A stretch of 64,000 nt of DNA, from NCBI GenBank assembly GCA_049322915.1, contig JBMOPW010000034.1, positions 584,567 through 648,566 of the forward strand. The letters run 5' to 3'. Source of the DNA: Candidatus Zhuqueibacterota bacterium (GTDB lineage Bacteria > Zhuqueibacterota > Zhuqueibacteria > Thermofontimicrobiales > Thermofontimicrobiaceae). Numbering within the stretch: the stretch's first letter is position 1; the number at the start of each line of letters is the position of its first letter. Both the position numbers and the translations under genes were made by a program. The notes under the pieces were generated by a model. It searched no databases, was not told the DNA's origin, and worked only from the letters and a program-made list of their open reading frames with translations. Of the stretch, positions 50,710-59,137 are shown in pieces.

Positions 50710-51915
50710 TTACATGTGAATCGGATAGTTGCGCCATTTGATGGCCGCATCATAGGCAGCCACGATATTTTCGGGCGGGACATTGGCCTGGATATTATGC
50801 ACCTGGGTGAAGACAAATCCCCCGCCAGGCGCGAAAATTCGGATGCGGTCTTTCACCATGTCCGCGACCTCCTCAGGAGAAGCTCCCGGCAGCGCATGCT
50901 GCGTATCAACGCCGCCGCCCCAGAACGTGAGTTTGTCCCCGAATTCGGCTTTCAATCGGGTCGGGTCCATTTTAGCGGCCGAAGTCTGCACCGGGTTGAG
51001 AACGTCCACGCCGGCATCGATCAAATCCGGAATCAAATCGTACACCGAGCCGCAGCTATGGAGGAACACGTAAAGATCGGAATGCTGCTTCACATACTGG
51101 TAGATTTTCTGATGCCGCGGTTTGATAAACTCCCGATACATATCAGGGGAGAGCTGGGTTGCATGCTGCGTTCCCAGATCATCCCCCATCTGAATCACCT
51201 GAATGTATGCGCCCACCGCCTGCAAATAGCCTTCCAGGTTTTTCAGGTGCACTTCCACCAGCTTGTCCATCAAATCTTCGGCAAAGCCGGGATTGATGGC
51301 CAGGTCCATCATAAAATTCTCCCAACCGCGATACGCCTGACCCAGTTCCAGAATATTGCCGCCAAATCCGCCCATCACTGCAAAGTCCGTTTGAGTGTAC
51401 AGCTTCTTCGCTTTTAGCTCCAACAATTTCAAATCTTCATCAGTGAAATAGTACCATCGCGCCGAATCCAGATCCTGTTTGGTCGCGGCATTTTCCAGCA
51501 GTGGGTTGCAGGATTCAAAATAGAGGCATCCCTCCGGCATCCGCGAGGAAACTCTGTCCCGGTCCATGATAACCCATTCGTTGCCGCGACGAATGGGGTA
51601 GAAAATCTTTGGCACATAGCCAGAGGACTTATCCGGCAGAGGCCATTCCTGCCAGGCGTCGCTCGTTTCTCCAAATGTATTGGTGAGATCAACGACATCC
51701 ACCTGAAATCGCTTCAGAATTTCCAACTCCGGTTCAGCCAGTTGCTGACCGATATCGTACACGCGGGTGACTCCGCCGGTGATGTTGAGATATGATTTCA
51801 GTTTATTGTAGGCAATGGCCATAATGCCCGTGGACCGCATCGCGCCCAGATCAATGGGCACTTTGTCCGGCTCCTCGTGGCGCAATGTTTTCAACACACG
51901 TTCTCGCGATGTCAT
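50710..51915 (-). CDS. UroD/MtaA-CmuA family protein (putative corrinoid-dependent methyltransferase)
   Basis: MTSRERV...PDKVP, GDDLGTQ, FLHSCG, NPVQTSA, FWGGGVDTQ, HNIQ..VPPEN; lacks the HemE RQAGR motif. Confidence 0.8.
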   Translation of the reverse strand: MTSRERVLKTLRHEEPDKVPIDLGAMRSTGIMAIAYNKLKSYLNITGGVTRVYDIGQQLAEPELEILKRFQVDVVDLTNTFGETSDAWQEWPLPDKSSGYVPKIFYPIRRGNEWVIMDRDRVSSRMPEGCLYFESCNPLLENAATKQDLDSARWYYFTDEDLKLLELKAKKLYTQTDFAVMGGFGGNILELGQAYRGWENFMMDLAINPGFAEDLMDKLVEVHLKNLEGYLQAVGAYIQVIQMGDDLGTQHATQLSPDMYREFIKPRHQKIYQYVKQHSDLYVFLHSCGSVYDLIPDLIDAGVDVLNPVQTSAAKMDPTRLKAEFGDKLTFWGGGVDTQHALPGASPEEVADMVKDRIRIFAPGGGFVFTQVHNIQANVPPENIVAAYDAAIKWRNYPIHM

Positions 51916-51954
51916 TTCAGTTCATCCTCTGTAAAATTTGTCCGTGCTAAAAGA

Positions 51955-51989
51955 AGCTATCAGCTATCAGCTATTAGCTATCAGCTTTT
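51955..51989. repeat. Tandem heptamer repeat (AGCTATC) x ~5
   Basis: agctatc agctatc agctatt agctatc agctttt. Confidence 0.85.
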
Positions 51990-52102
51990 GGCGACAGGAA
52001 AAACAGCATGTTCAGATGGAATTATCCTGTCACCCAATGAGTGAAACCCGGCAAATGCATCTATTTATTATTTTTGAAAGAGCGTATGGCTGAATGCTGT
52101 AA

Positions 52103-52242
52103 CCGTTCACAGGTTCATCGTTCAGGGTTCAGGGTTAATGATAACGTACAGTTGATGACGGACTATTTGAGCATACAAAATGTTTCGAGCGACCATATCC
52201 AAAACGCCAACCGGGAACGCTGAACCCGGAACCTGTGAACGG
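52103..52242. repeat. 34-bp inverted repeat built from GTTC heptamers (REP/MITE-like)
   Basis: 52103-52136 vs reverse complement of 52209-52242: 28/34 identical, outer 14 bp CCGTTCACAGGTTC perfect. Confidence 0.8.
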
Positions 52243-52308
52243 CCACGAATGCGGAACGTCCGCCATCTTTTTGGCGGATCATCCGTGTTCTATGTCTTGG
52301 TTGGGAGT

Positions 52309-53511
52309 TCACTTCGATAGGTCTTTATTACCGAACCATACTTTTTTCTGTTCATCCCATGTCCACGAGTCCGCCGGCAGCGACGGATCAATGCGCTTCA
52401 TGGATTTATCCCGGATCATGGCGATTGTTTCGTCCCAGGTTTTTATGCCGCTGATCGCATCCAGCTCATGGAGATTCTGAAACCCCACGCAGTTGGCGCA
52501 TTGCAGCGCTGTCTCAATACTCTGGCCGCGAATGAGCGCCGTTAAAAATCCGGCGATGGATGAATCCCCGGAACCGGTGGCGCTGGCGATCCGCTCAATT
52601 CTATACGCCGGGCACCAGACCTCCCGATCGCTCCAGCCGTTGGCGTCGAATCCATTCAGCCGTTCGAATGCAGCATGCTTCGCCACGTCGGCGGTTCGAA
52701 TATAAAATCCGCGATGGGCTGTTTTCAATGCGACAATGGCGCAACCCAGGTCCAGACACCTCTCAGCGAGACGGCGAAAATCCTCCGGTTGAAAATAATC
52801 AATGACATCCTGCGCGCCAAATTGCTCTTTTATCCTGAAATAGCGGGAGCTATCCAGCATGAAAAACACCTCTTCGATGCTCGGCAAAAAGATGTCCACG
52901 TGCGGGAGAACGGATTCCAGTATTTTTTTCCACGGCGCCTTGCCGCTGGGATTATTGGGATCCGGCAGGGACATATCCAGCGAGGTGATGGCGCCGGCTC
53001 TCTTTGCCAGCTGAAAAATATGGGCCAATTCCTCCCCCTCACGCTCGTAGCATGCGGCCATCAGTGGAGGGTAGCCGAAATGGAACAGCCTGGATTGAGC
53101 AATGATATCCGCATCCAGTTCGCGACCGGAGAAACGATCATTGGCGCCTGGGTCGTGCAGAAAAATCCGATCGATGCCCGGCGGCGCCAGCGCGACCGTG
53201 TACGAGGTGCGATCCTCCGACGACATGGAGACGCCGTCCGTGCTGCCCTGCGCTTCCAACAGACGAACGACAAGCCGGCCGAATTCATCCTCGCCGACCC
53301 GGGCCATGAATGCGACGTTCAGCCCGAGTTTTTTCATGGCAATCCCTGTATTGGAAACCGGCCCACCTGTGCTGATTTTTGCCGCGCCCACGTTAATCAA
53401 TTTCCCGGGCACAAACAGCGACGCGATGTCCCTGAGCCCGGTGTCGGCAAATTTCGGAATGATATCAAGACAGATATGGCCGGCGACGGTCACATCATAC
53501 GCTTTTTTCAT
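52309..53511 (-). CDS. PfkB family carbohydrate kinase
   Basis: GHICLD, GGPVSNTG, VGEDEFG, and C-terminal ATGSGDS anion-hole motif. Confidence 0.88.
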   Translation of the reverse strand: MKKAYDVTVAGHICLDIIPKFADTGLRDIASLFVPGKLINVGAAKISTGGPVSNTGIAMKKLGLNVAFMARVGEDEFGRLVVRLLEAQGSTDGVSMSSEDRTSYTVALAPPGIDRIFLHDPGANDRFSGRELDADIIAQSRLFHFGYPPLMAACYEREGEELAHIFQLAKRAGAITSLDMSLPDPNNPSGKAPWKKILESVLPHVDIFLPSIEEVFFMLDSSRYFRIKEQFGAQDVIDYFQPEDFRRLAERCLDLGCAIVALKTAHRGFYIRTADVAKHAAFERLNGFDANGWSDREVWCPAYRIERIASATGSGDSSIAGFLTALIRGQSIETALQCANCVGFQNLHELDAISGIKTWDETIAMIRDKSMKRIDPSLPADSWTWDEQKKVWFGNKDLSK

Positions 53512-53513
53512 GA

Positions 53514-54320
53514 CTACCTCCAGATGAGTCGCATCCAGCTTTTCCATCCGACCAATAGATTCACATTCGCGGCGAGCGCTTGTTCGTCCGAACGCGCTGT
53601 CAGGAATTCAATTAGTTTCAACCGGTCTTTTTCACTGATTGTTTCCATTTTTAACACAATTTCAGATTTTGTGACATCGACAACGCTCACAACGCAGAGG
53701 GCATTGACCGCCGGCGCCAAAGCAATCGTCGCCTGACCGCTTTGGCCCGGCTTCACTTTTTTGACCAGGCGCTTATCCGCAGGAAATGCGGTGACGCGGA
53801 TGGTACTCTCTCCGAAGTTGAACACGCCGCCAATTTTCTTTCCTGCTGGAATATAATCGCTGCTGTCCACCAGATCAAAATACCCATCGATCTGCGAGCG
53901 AACAACGGCAATGTCCAATTCCGGGTAGTCGCGCGATTCAATATCCATGATGATGGAACTCAGCCTGCCGGCCAGCGCTGACATCCCGGCGTTCTCCGCA
54001 GTTTCCAGTTGCGCTTCGAGATTGCTCTGAATGGTTCTGTCCGCCAGAAATTTTTCGTCCGCCGTGACTTCCAGCAACGGATCACCGGCAGCAACCGTCT
54101 GCCCGGATTCGGATCTCAAATCAAGAATGAAATGCGGTTGTTCGAACGTCAGCCATTGGTGCTCAACTTCGAAGAGTCCGTTTAAATTCACATATTCATC
54201 TTCGGCTTTGATGAACGAGAGAGCCACCAGGCCAGCGATGAACAACAGCACAAAGGCGTAGCCGATTATCTCGATGTATTTGATATATTTTGCCAGGAGC
54301 TTTTTGACAAAGCGATTCAT
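53514..54320 (-). CDS. Membrane-anchored HlyD/membrane-fusion-like adaptor protein
   Basis: GGAG RBS before ATG 54320; one TM helix, ESGQTVAAGDPLLEV and VVRSQIDG hybrid-motif halves around a short helical hairpin, KVKPGQ. Confidence 0.55.
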   Translation of the reverse strand: MNRFVKKLLAKYIKYIEIIGYAFVLLFIAGLVALSFIKAEDEYVNLNGLFEVEHQWLTFEQPHFILDLRSESGQTVAAGDPLLEVTADEKFLADRTIQSNLEAQLETAENAGMSALAGRLSSIIMDIESRDYPELDIAVVRSQIDGYFDLVDSSDYIPAGKKIGGVFNFGESTIRVTAFPADKRLVKKVKPGQSGQATIALAPAVNALCVVSVVDVTKSEIVLKMETISEKDRLKLIEFLTARSDEQALAANVNLLVGWKSWMRLIWR

Positions 54321-54334
54321 GTTTTTCTCCGAAC

Positions 54335-56176
54335 TTATACCTGTACCTGCTTCTGATACAGCGATGCGAACAATCCCTTCTGATTTAAAAGCTGCCGGAA
54401 CGATCCCTGTTCGATGACTCTCCCCTTGTTCAGCACAAATATCTCGTCGCAGTCGCGGACCGAATTCAGCCGATGGGTGATGATGATGACCGTTTTCCCG
54501 GCGCACACGCGATTGAGCGTCGCTTCTATGGTGGCAGCAGTCTGGGAATCCAGGGCGCTGGTGGCTTCGTCCAGCACCAGCACCGATGGTTTTCGAATCA
54601 ACGCCCGGGCAATGGCGATCCGCTGGCGCTGGCCGCCGGATAGTTTGCTCCCCTCGGCAAGATCGGTGTCATAGCCCCGGGGCAGCGATAAAATATCGTC
54701 ATGGACAGCCGCCAATTTCGCAGCGTCGACAATCTCGGCCTCTGTGGCGTCCGGTTTGCCGTAGCGGATATTGTCGCAAACCGTACCGCTGAACAAAAAG
54801 TCCTCCTGCAGGATGATTCCAATATGCCGATAATAGGTGGCTGATTTTAAATCCCTCAAATCCACGCGGTCAGCCTGTATTTCGCCGCTGGCCGGGTCGT
54901 AGAATCGCAGGATCAAATTCACCAGCGATGTTTTGCCGGAACCGGATGGTCCGACAATGGCCACTTTTTTGCCCGGCGCGGTGTGAATCGTGATATCCGA
55001 AAGCACTTCCTTTTCCGGCACATAACCGAAAGAAACCCGATCGATGGCGTAGCTGCCGGAAAAGGAATCCAGGGCCACGGCGTTTTCGCGCTCCCGAATG
55101 GAAGGCTCCACGTTCAGGGTATCCATCAACCGTCGCGACGGAATGAGCTGGAGCCGAATTCCCTCGAACACGCGAATCATCAGATTGATGGGGCTGAAGA
55201 ATTGATCCAGCAACAGGTACAGCCCAAAAATCGCGCCGGCGGTCTGGTTCTGCTGCACAGCAACATAAAACAACGCTGCCACAATGAACAGGTACCGGAA
55301 CAGAAAGATGAAATCATCGGTGACGAGCTTCATGAAATAATTCTGCCATTCCACTCTGAGCATGGTCACATAAAGGCGGATGTTCTTTCTGGTCTCATGC
55401 CGACCCTTGCCAAAGGCCTTGATCGTTTTGATGCCCGCGAACCATTCCTGCAGGCCAGCCAGGAAATTCTGGCTTTTGCCGCGGAATTTGAAATCGATGT
55501 TCCGCTGGACGTTGTAGAACCTGTGAATCACCCAGATGTACGGGATGCAAAAGATGATCAGGGCAATTCCCACCTGGGCGCTGAAACCAATGGTAATGGT
55601 GAATAGAATGAGCCCTAACCGGAACAGGACGCGGATGAGCAGATCCAGCGATTGCGTGAGCATGCCCAGAACGCCATCGACGTCCTTTCCCACCATCGGC
55701 TGCTGGGCAGATTTCGCCGTGCCGGTCAATTCGAACAACATGCCGAGGATGGCGAGATTGGCAAAGCCCGGATCAAAATTGCTGCCAATGCGGTACATGT
55801 GCTCGCCGATGGGGCGCTGCTGGAAAAAACTCAGCGGCAGTTTCATCACATGCCTGAACACATTCATGCCCAGCGTCATGCCGAGCCGCATGGAAACCAC
55901 GTATTTCACCAATTCATAAATCAGGCTGAATGAAAAATATAGCACAATCTGCACGAGGATGACGATCACCAGAATCCGAAAGACATGCCAATCCTGCTGG
56001 CCCAGCACCTGGTCGATGAATTTCCGAATGAGCAACGGGAGAATCACCGTGTTGATATCCAGCGTGGTGATGATTATCGCCAACACCAGCACCAGCAGCA
56101 TCAACCGCCAGACAGGCCGGAGATAGCGCAAAAAGTAGACAAATATATTCCAATCGCTCAATGAGGTTGTTATCAT
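54335..56176 (-). CDS. ABC transporter, fused TMD-NBD (exporter fold)
   Basis: TM domain, GPSGSGKT, LSGGQ, VLVLDEAT, ITHR. Confidence 0.93.
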   Translation of the reverse strand: MITTSLSDWNIFVYFLRYLRPVWRLMLLVLVLAIIITTLDINTVILPLLIRKFIDQVLGQQDWHVFRILVIVILVQIVLYFSFSLIYELVKYVVSMRLGMTLGMNVFRHVMKLPLSFFQQRPIGEHMYRIGSNFDPGFANLAILGMLFELTGTAKSAQQPMVGKDVDGVLGMLTQSLDLLIRVLFRLGLILFTITIGFSAQVGIALIIFCIPYIWVIHRFYNVQRNIDFKFRGKSQNFLAGLQEWFAGIKTIKAFGKGRHETRKNIRLYVTMLRVEWQNYFMKLVTDDFIFLFRYLFIVAALFYVAVQQNQTAGAIFGLYLLLDQFFSPINLMIRVFEGIRLQLIPSRRLMDTLNVEPSIRERENAVALDSFSGSYAIDRVSFGYVPEKEVLSDITIHTAPGKKVAIVGPSGSGKTSLVNLILRFYDPASGEIQADRVDLRDLKSATYYRHIGIILQEDFLFSGTVCDNIRYGKPDATEAEIVDAAKLAAVHDDILSLPRGYDTDLAEGSKLSGGQRQRIAIARALIRKPSVLVLDEATSALDSQTAATIEATLNRVCAGKTVIIITHRLNSVRDCDEIFVLNKGRVIEQGSFRQLLNQKGLFASLYQKQVQV

Positions 56177-56183
56177 GCGTCGC

Positions 56184-57989
56184 TCACACAGTTAGTGTGG
56201 ACCTGGATTGCTGCTGATAGAGTTGATAATACAGCTTTTTATTTTGGATCAACTGCGCATGGGCGCCCTGTTCCACAATCTCGCCTTTATCAACGACGAG
56301 AATGTGCGCCGCATCGGCGACAAAACTCAGCCGATGGGAAATGATAATGGTGGAGACGTGAGAAAAATTTTGCCGGAGCGTCTGCATGATTCCATTTTCA
56401 GTCTCGATGTCCAGCGACGAGGTCGCTTCATCCAGCAGCAACAGCGCCGGATTTTTGAGCAAGGCCCGGGCAATGGCGACCCGCTGTTTCTGTCCGCCGG
56501 AGAGATTTGTCCCTTCAGCCACATCCATGTCATAGCCGCCGGGCATCTCCAGAATATCGGCGTGAATGCCGGCTGCTCTGGCAGCCTGCTCCACCTGTTC
56601 ATCGCTGGCGTACGGATCGCCGTAGCGGATATTTTCCCGGATGGTGCCGCCGAATAAAAACGTGTCCTGTAAAATGACGCCGGTCTGCTCCAGGACAGAG
56701 GCCATGTTCACATCCTTCACATTCAGACCATCGATTTTCACAGCGCCGGAATCCGGCTCGAAGAGTCGCAGCACGAGCATGGCGATGGTGCTTTTGCCGG
56801 CGCCGCTGGGACCGACGATACCCAGCTTCTGCCCCGGCTTCAGTTGAAATGAGATATTTTTCAGGATTGGGAAATCGCGCTGATAGGAGAAATTCACGGA
56901 ATCAAACTCAACGGCTCCTTTCAGCGAATCGATTCGCCGGGCATTGGCAGATTCGACAATATCAGGCTGCTGGTCCAGCGTTTCGAACAGACGCTTTGCC
57001 GGGATGAGGAACAGCCGGAATCGCTGGACAAAATTATAGGTCCCGTCAAGAAAGTACAGCAGCAAACGCGAAAAGTAGATGATGCTGCCCCAGGTGATGA
57101 TGGGAATGGCGCCTTTCAATCCGAAATAGGCGAACAGCGGCAGGGACAACGGCCAGATGATATGGACAGGAATGACGCGAACCTGATCCGCGACCAGGTA
57201 TTGCAGCAGAAATGCCGCCTGTGTTGATTTATAAAACTTCTTCATGACGCTGTAATAACGCCGGGTGGTGAATTTCACGCGGTCGAACGCTTTGATGACG
57301 CGGATGCCAGCCAGGCTCTCCCTGAGCACAGCATCCACCTCCTGGGCGCGGACGCGTTTGATGTAATCCAGCTTCTGGATGCGGCTGTATAAAATGTGAA
57401 CTAAAAAATAGATCGGGATTAAAATCAGCGTCAGGTAAAATAGAATGTTGCTGCCGACAACGGAAACCAGGTATATCATTAAAATGGTCTGATAGATATT
57501 GGAAATGAAGCCAGGCAGTCCGCTCTGGGTGGAATTCAATAACGGCAGCAATGCGTCGATGTCCGCATTGGCGCGGTACATGTGCTCGCCAATGGGCCGG
57601 GATTGATAGAATTTCAACGAGAGCAGTTGCAGGCGACGGTACAGATCCAGCCGCAATTTCAGAGATAATTTCAGGCCGAGGTACCAGACGAGTGTGTACA
57701 ACAGACTATCGAAAATGATCCAGCGAAACAGAAACGCGGGTAGGAGCAGGAGGAAGCAGAAGAATAGATAATCGCCGGACTGTCCCTGGCCGATGAAGGA
57801 GGGCAATTTGGACAACAGTAACACCGGCAGTGCGCTAATGGTTCCCTGAATGATGAGGAGGACAATGATGAGGATGTATTTATCCCAATAAGGAATAATG
57901 TATTTGAGAAGCCGAACGAATAGCGCGAACTGATTTTGCTTTTCAAATAATTTGTTGTCTTCCAAAAATACCTCAATCGGATTGGTCAA
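56184..57989 (-). CDS. ABC transporter, fused TMD-NBD (exporter fold)
   Basis: TM domain, GPSGAGKS, LSGGQ, LLLLDEAT, ISHR. Confidence 0.93.
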   Translation of the reverse strand: MTNPIEVFLEDNKLFEKQNQFALFVRLLKYIIPYWDKYILIIVLLIIQGTISALPVLLLSKLPSFIGQGQSGDYLFFCFLLLLPAFLFRWIIFDSLLYTLVWYLGLKLSLKLRLDLYRRLQLLSLKFYQSRPIGEHMYRANADIDALLPLLNSTQSGLPGFISNIYQTILMIYLVSVVGSNILFYLTLILIPIYFLVHILYSRIQKLDYIKRVRAQEVDAVLRESLAGIRVIKAFDRVKFTTRRYYSVMKKFYKSTQAAFLLQYLVADQVRVIPVHIIWPLSLPLFAYFGLKGAIPIITWGSIIYFSRLLLYFLDGTYNFVQRFRLFLIPAKRLFETLDQQPDIVESANARRIDSLKGAVEFDSVNFSYQRDFPILKNISFQLKPGQKLGIVGPSGAGKSTIAMLVLRLFEPDSGAVKIDGLNVKDVNMASVLEQTGVILQDTFLFGGTIRENIRYGDPYASDEQVEQAARAAGIHADILEMPGGYDMDVAEGTNLSGGQKQRVAIARALLKNPALLLLDEATSSLDIETENGIMQTLRQNFSHVSTIIISHRLSFVADAAHILVVDKGEIVEQGAHAQLIQNKKLYYQLYQQQSRSTLTV

Positions 57990-58007
57990 CGCTCATACAA
58001 AACGCCG

Positions 58008-59045
58008 CTATTTCAATGTCACTTCGATCAACCGGGGGAAATATTCTTCGAACTCGACGCAGGTGAGATAAATGATCTTCCCGTTTTCGCGGGCAAGCTC
58101 CGGATGTTCTTTGCCGGCGTACACCACCGGGCCGTTGTAGACGAGGGGATTCCTCAATGCTGTCCGGGATGTCCATAGCAAAAATGGCTCGCTCCACGGT
58201 CCCCAGAGATTGGGAGCTGTGCGTCCCACAATGTAGCCGTCGTTCTGCCAGGAATGCACTGCTAAAAATTGGCCGAGGTGCGCATTGAACGAGACCGACA
58301 TTTCCGTGGGCATGCCTTCCATGATGCCTATTGCTTTCTGTCCCGTTTTATTCCACTCCGGCTGATCCGAAATCAGATATTCATACCGATCCACCTGTTC
58401 AATATCAGCCACAGGAACCCGGGCAAGATAGCAGCACTGCCGTTTGCCGTGGCGTTGCGTCCCGTAGACATACACCATGTCCTCTGCCTCATCCACGAAC
58501 AGGGCCACACCATAACACGGCTTCTTTTCATCCCATAAAATGAGTGAGCCGTCCTGCGATATTCGCCGGAATGAAAAATCCGAGGTGCTCGCGCGCGCCA
58601 GTCCGCTGCCATCGACCGAAAACTTGTAGGGCCAGGCGGCGTTTTTAAGCAGGCGCACCCGAACATAGAACCAGTAAAACGCGCCGTTCACAAGGCGTCC
58701 GTCCATGCCCCAGATGCGATGCCGCTCCGGGCTTTCCTGGCCTTCGAACAGGATCAACTGGCGCGGTTGCCCATCCGGGTTGGTGAAGTACGTGAAGTCC
58801 CGGATGCCATTCGATGCGTCCCTGGTGCGACAGAGCAAACCGGAATTGCTGGGCATGCGGCTCACGATACGCCGCCCGGTGTCGTCGTAATGGCCGACAA
58901 AGGTATCGCCGAATCCCCAAAATGATTCACGGTCGTTTATCGGTGCAGAATAGGCGCAATCCTGACCGATCATGTGGACCGTATTTTCCGTGAACAGGGG
59001 GCCAAGATCGCGCGAACATTCAACTCTTGACGTGTCAAAATTCAT
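58008..59045 (-). CDS. DUF4185-like beta-propeller protein (putative glycosidase)
   Basis: IGQD..S.......FWGFGDTF, EMSVSFN, WGPWSEP, YAGKEHPELA, YFPRL; no signal peptide. Confidence 0.68.
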   Translation of the reverse strand: MNFDTSRVECSRDLGPLFTENTVHMIGQDCAYSAPINDRESFWGFGDTFVGHYDDTGRRIVSRMPSNSGLLCRTRDASNGIRDFTYFTNPDGQPRQLILFEGQESPERHRIWGMDGRLVNGAFYWFYVRVRLLKNAAWPYKFSVDGSGLARASTSDFSFRRISQDGSLILWDEKKPCYGVALFVDEAEDMVYVYGTQRHGKRQCCYLARVPVADIEQVDRYEYLISDQPEWNKTGQKAIGIMEGMPTEMSVSFNAHLGQFLAVHSWQNDGYIVGRTAPNLWGPWSEPFLLWTSRTALRNPLVYNGPVVYAGKEHPELARENGKIIYLTCVEFEEYFPRLIEVTLK

Positions 59046-59137
59046 ATTTGAAAAAATTAATGTTCATGAGTTCATCCTGTAACTTTGTTAAACAAAAGCG
59101 CCTCCCCCGGAGCGCACTGCCGGTTCGCCGCAGTTAC

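Noticed and set aside
50710..51915. Annotation as hemE (uroporphyrinogen decarboxylase)
   Set aside because: Lacks the RQAGR motif and has no tetrapyrrole-synthesis neighbours.
51955..52242. CRISPR array
   Set aside because: Repeats are contiguous heptamers or inverted arms without unique spacers, and the window has no cas genes.
53514..57989. RiPP/bacteriocin export cluster
   Set aside because: No C39 peptidase domain, precursor peptide or modifying enzyme recognised nearby.
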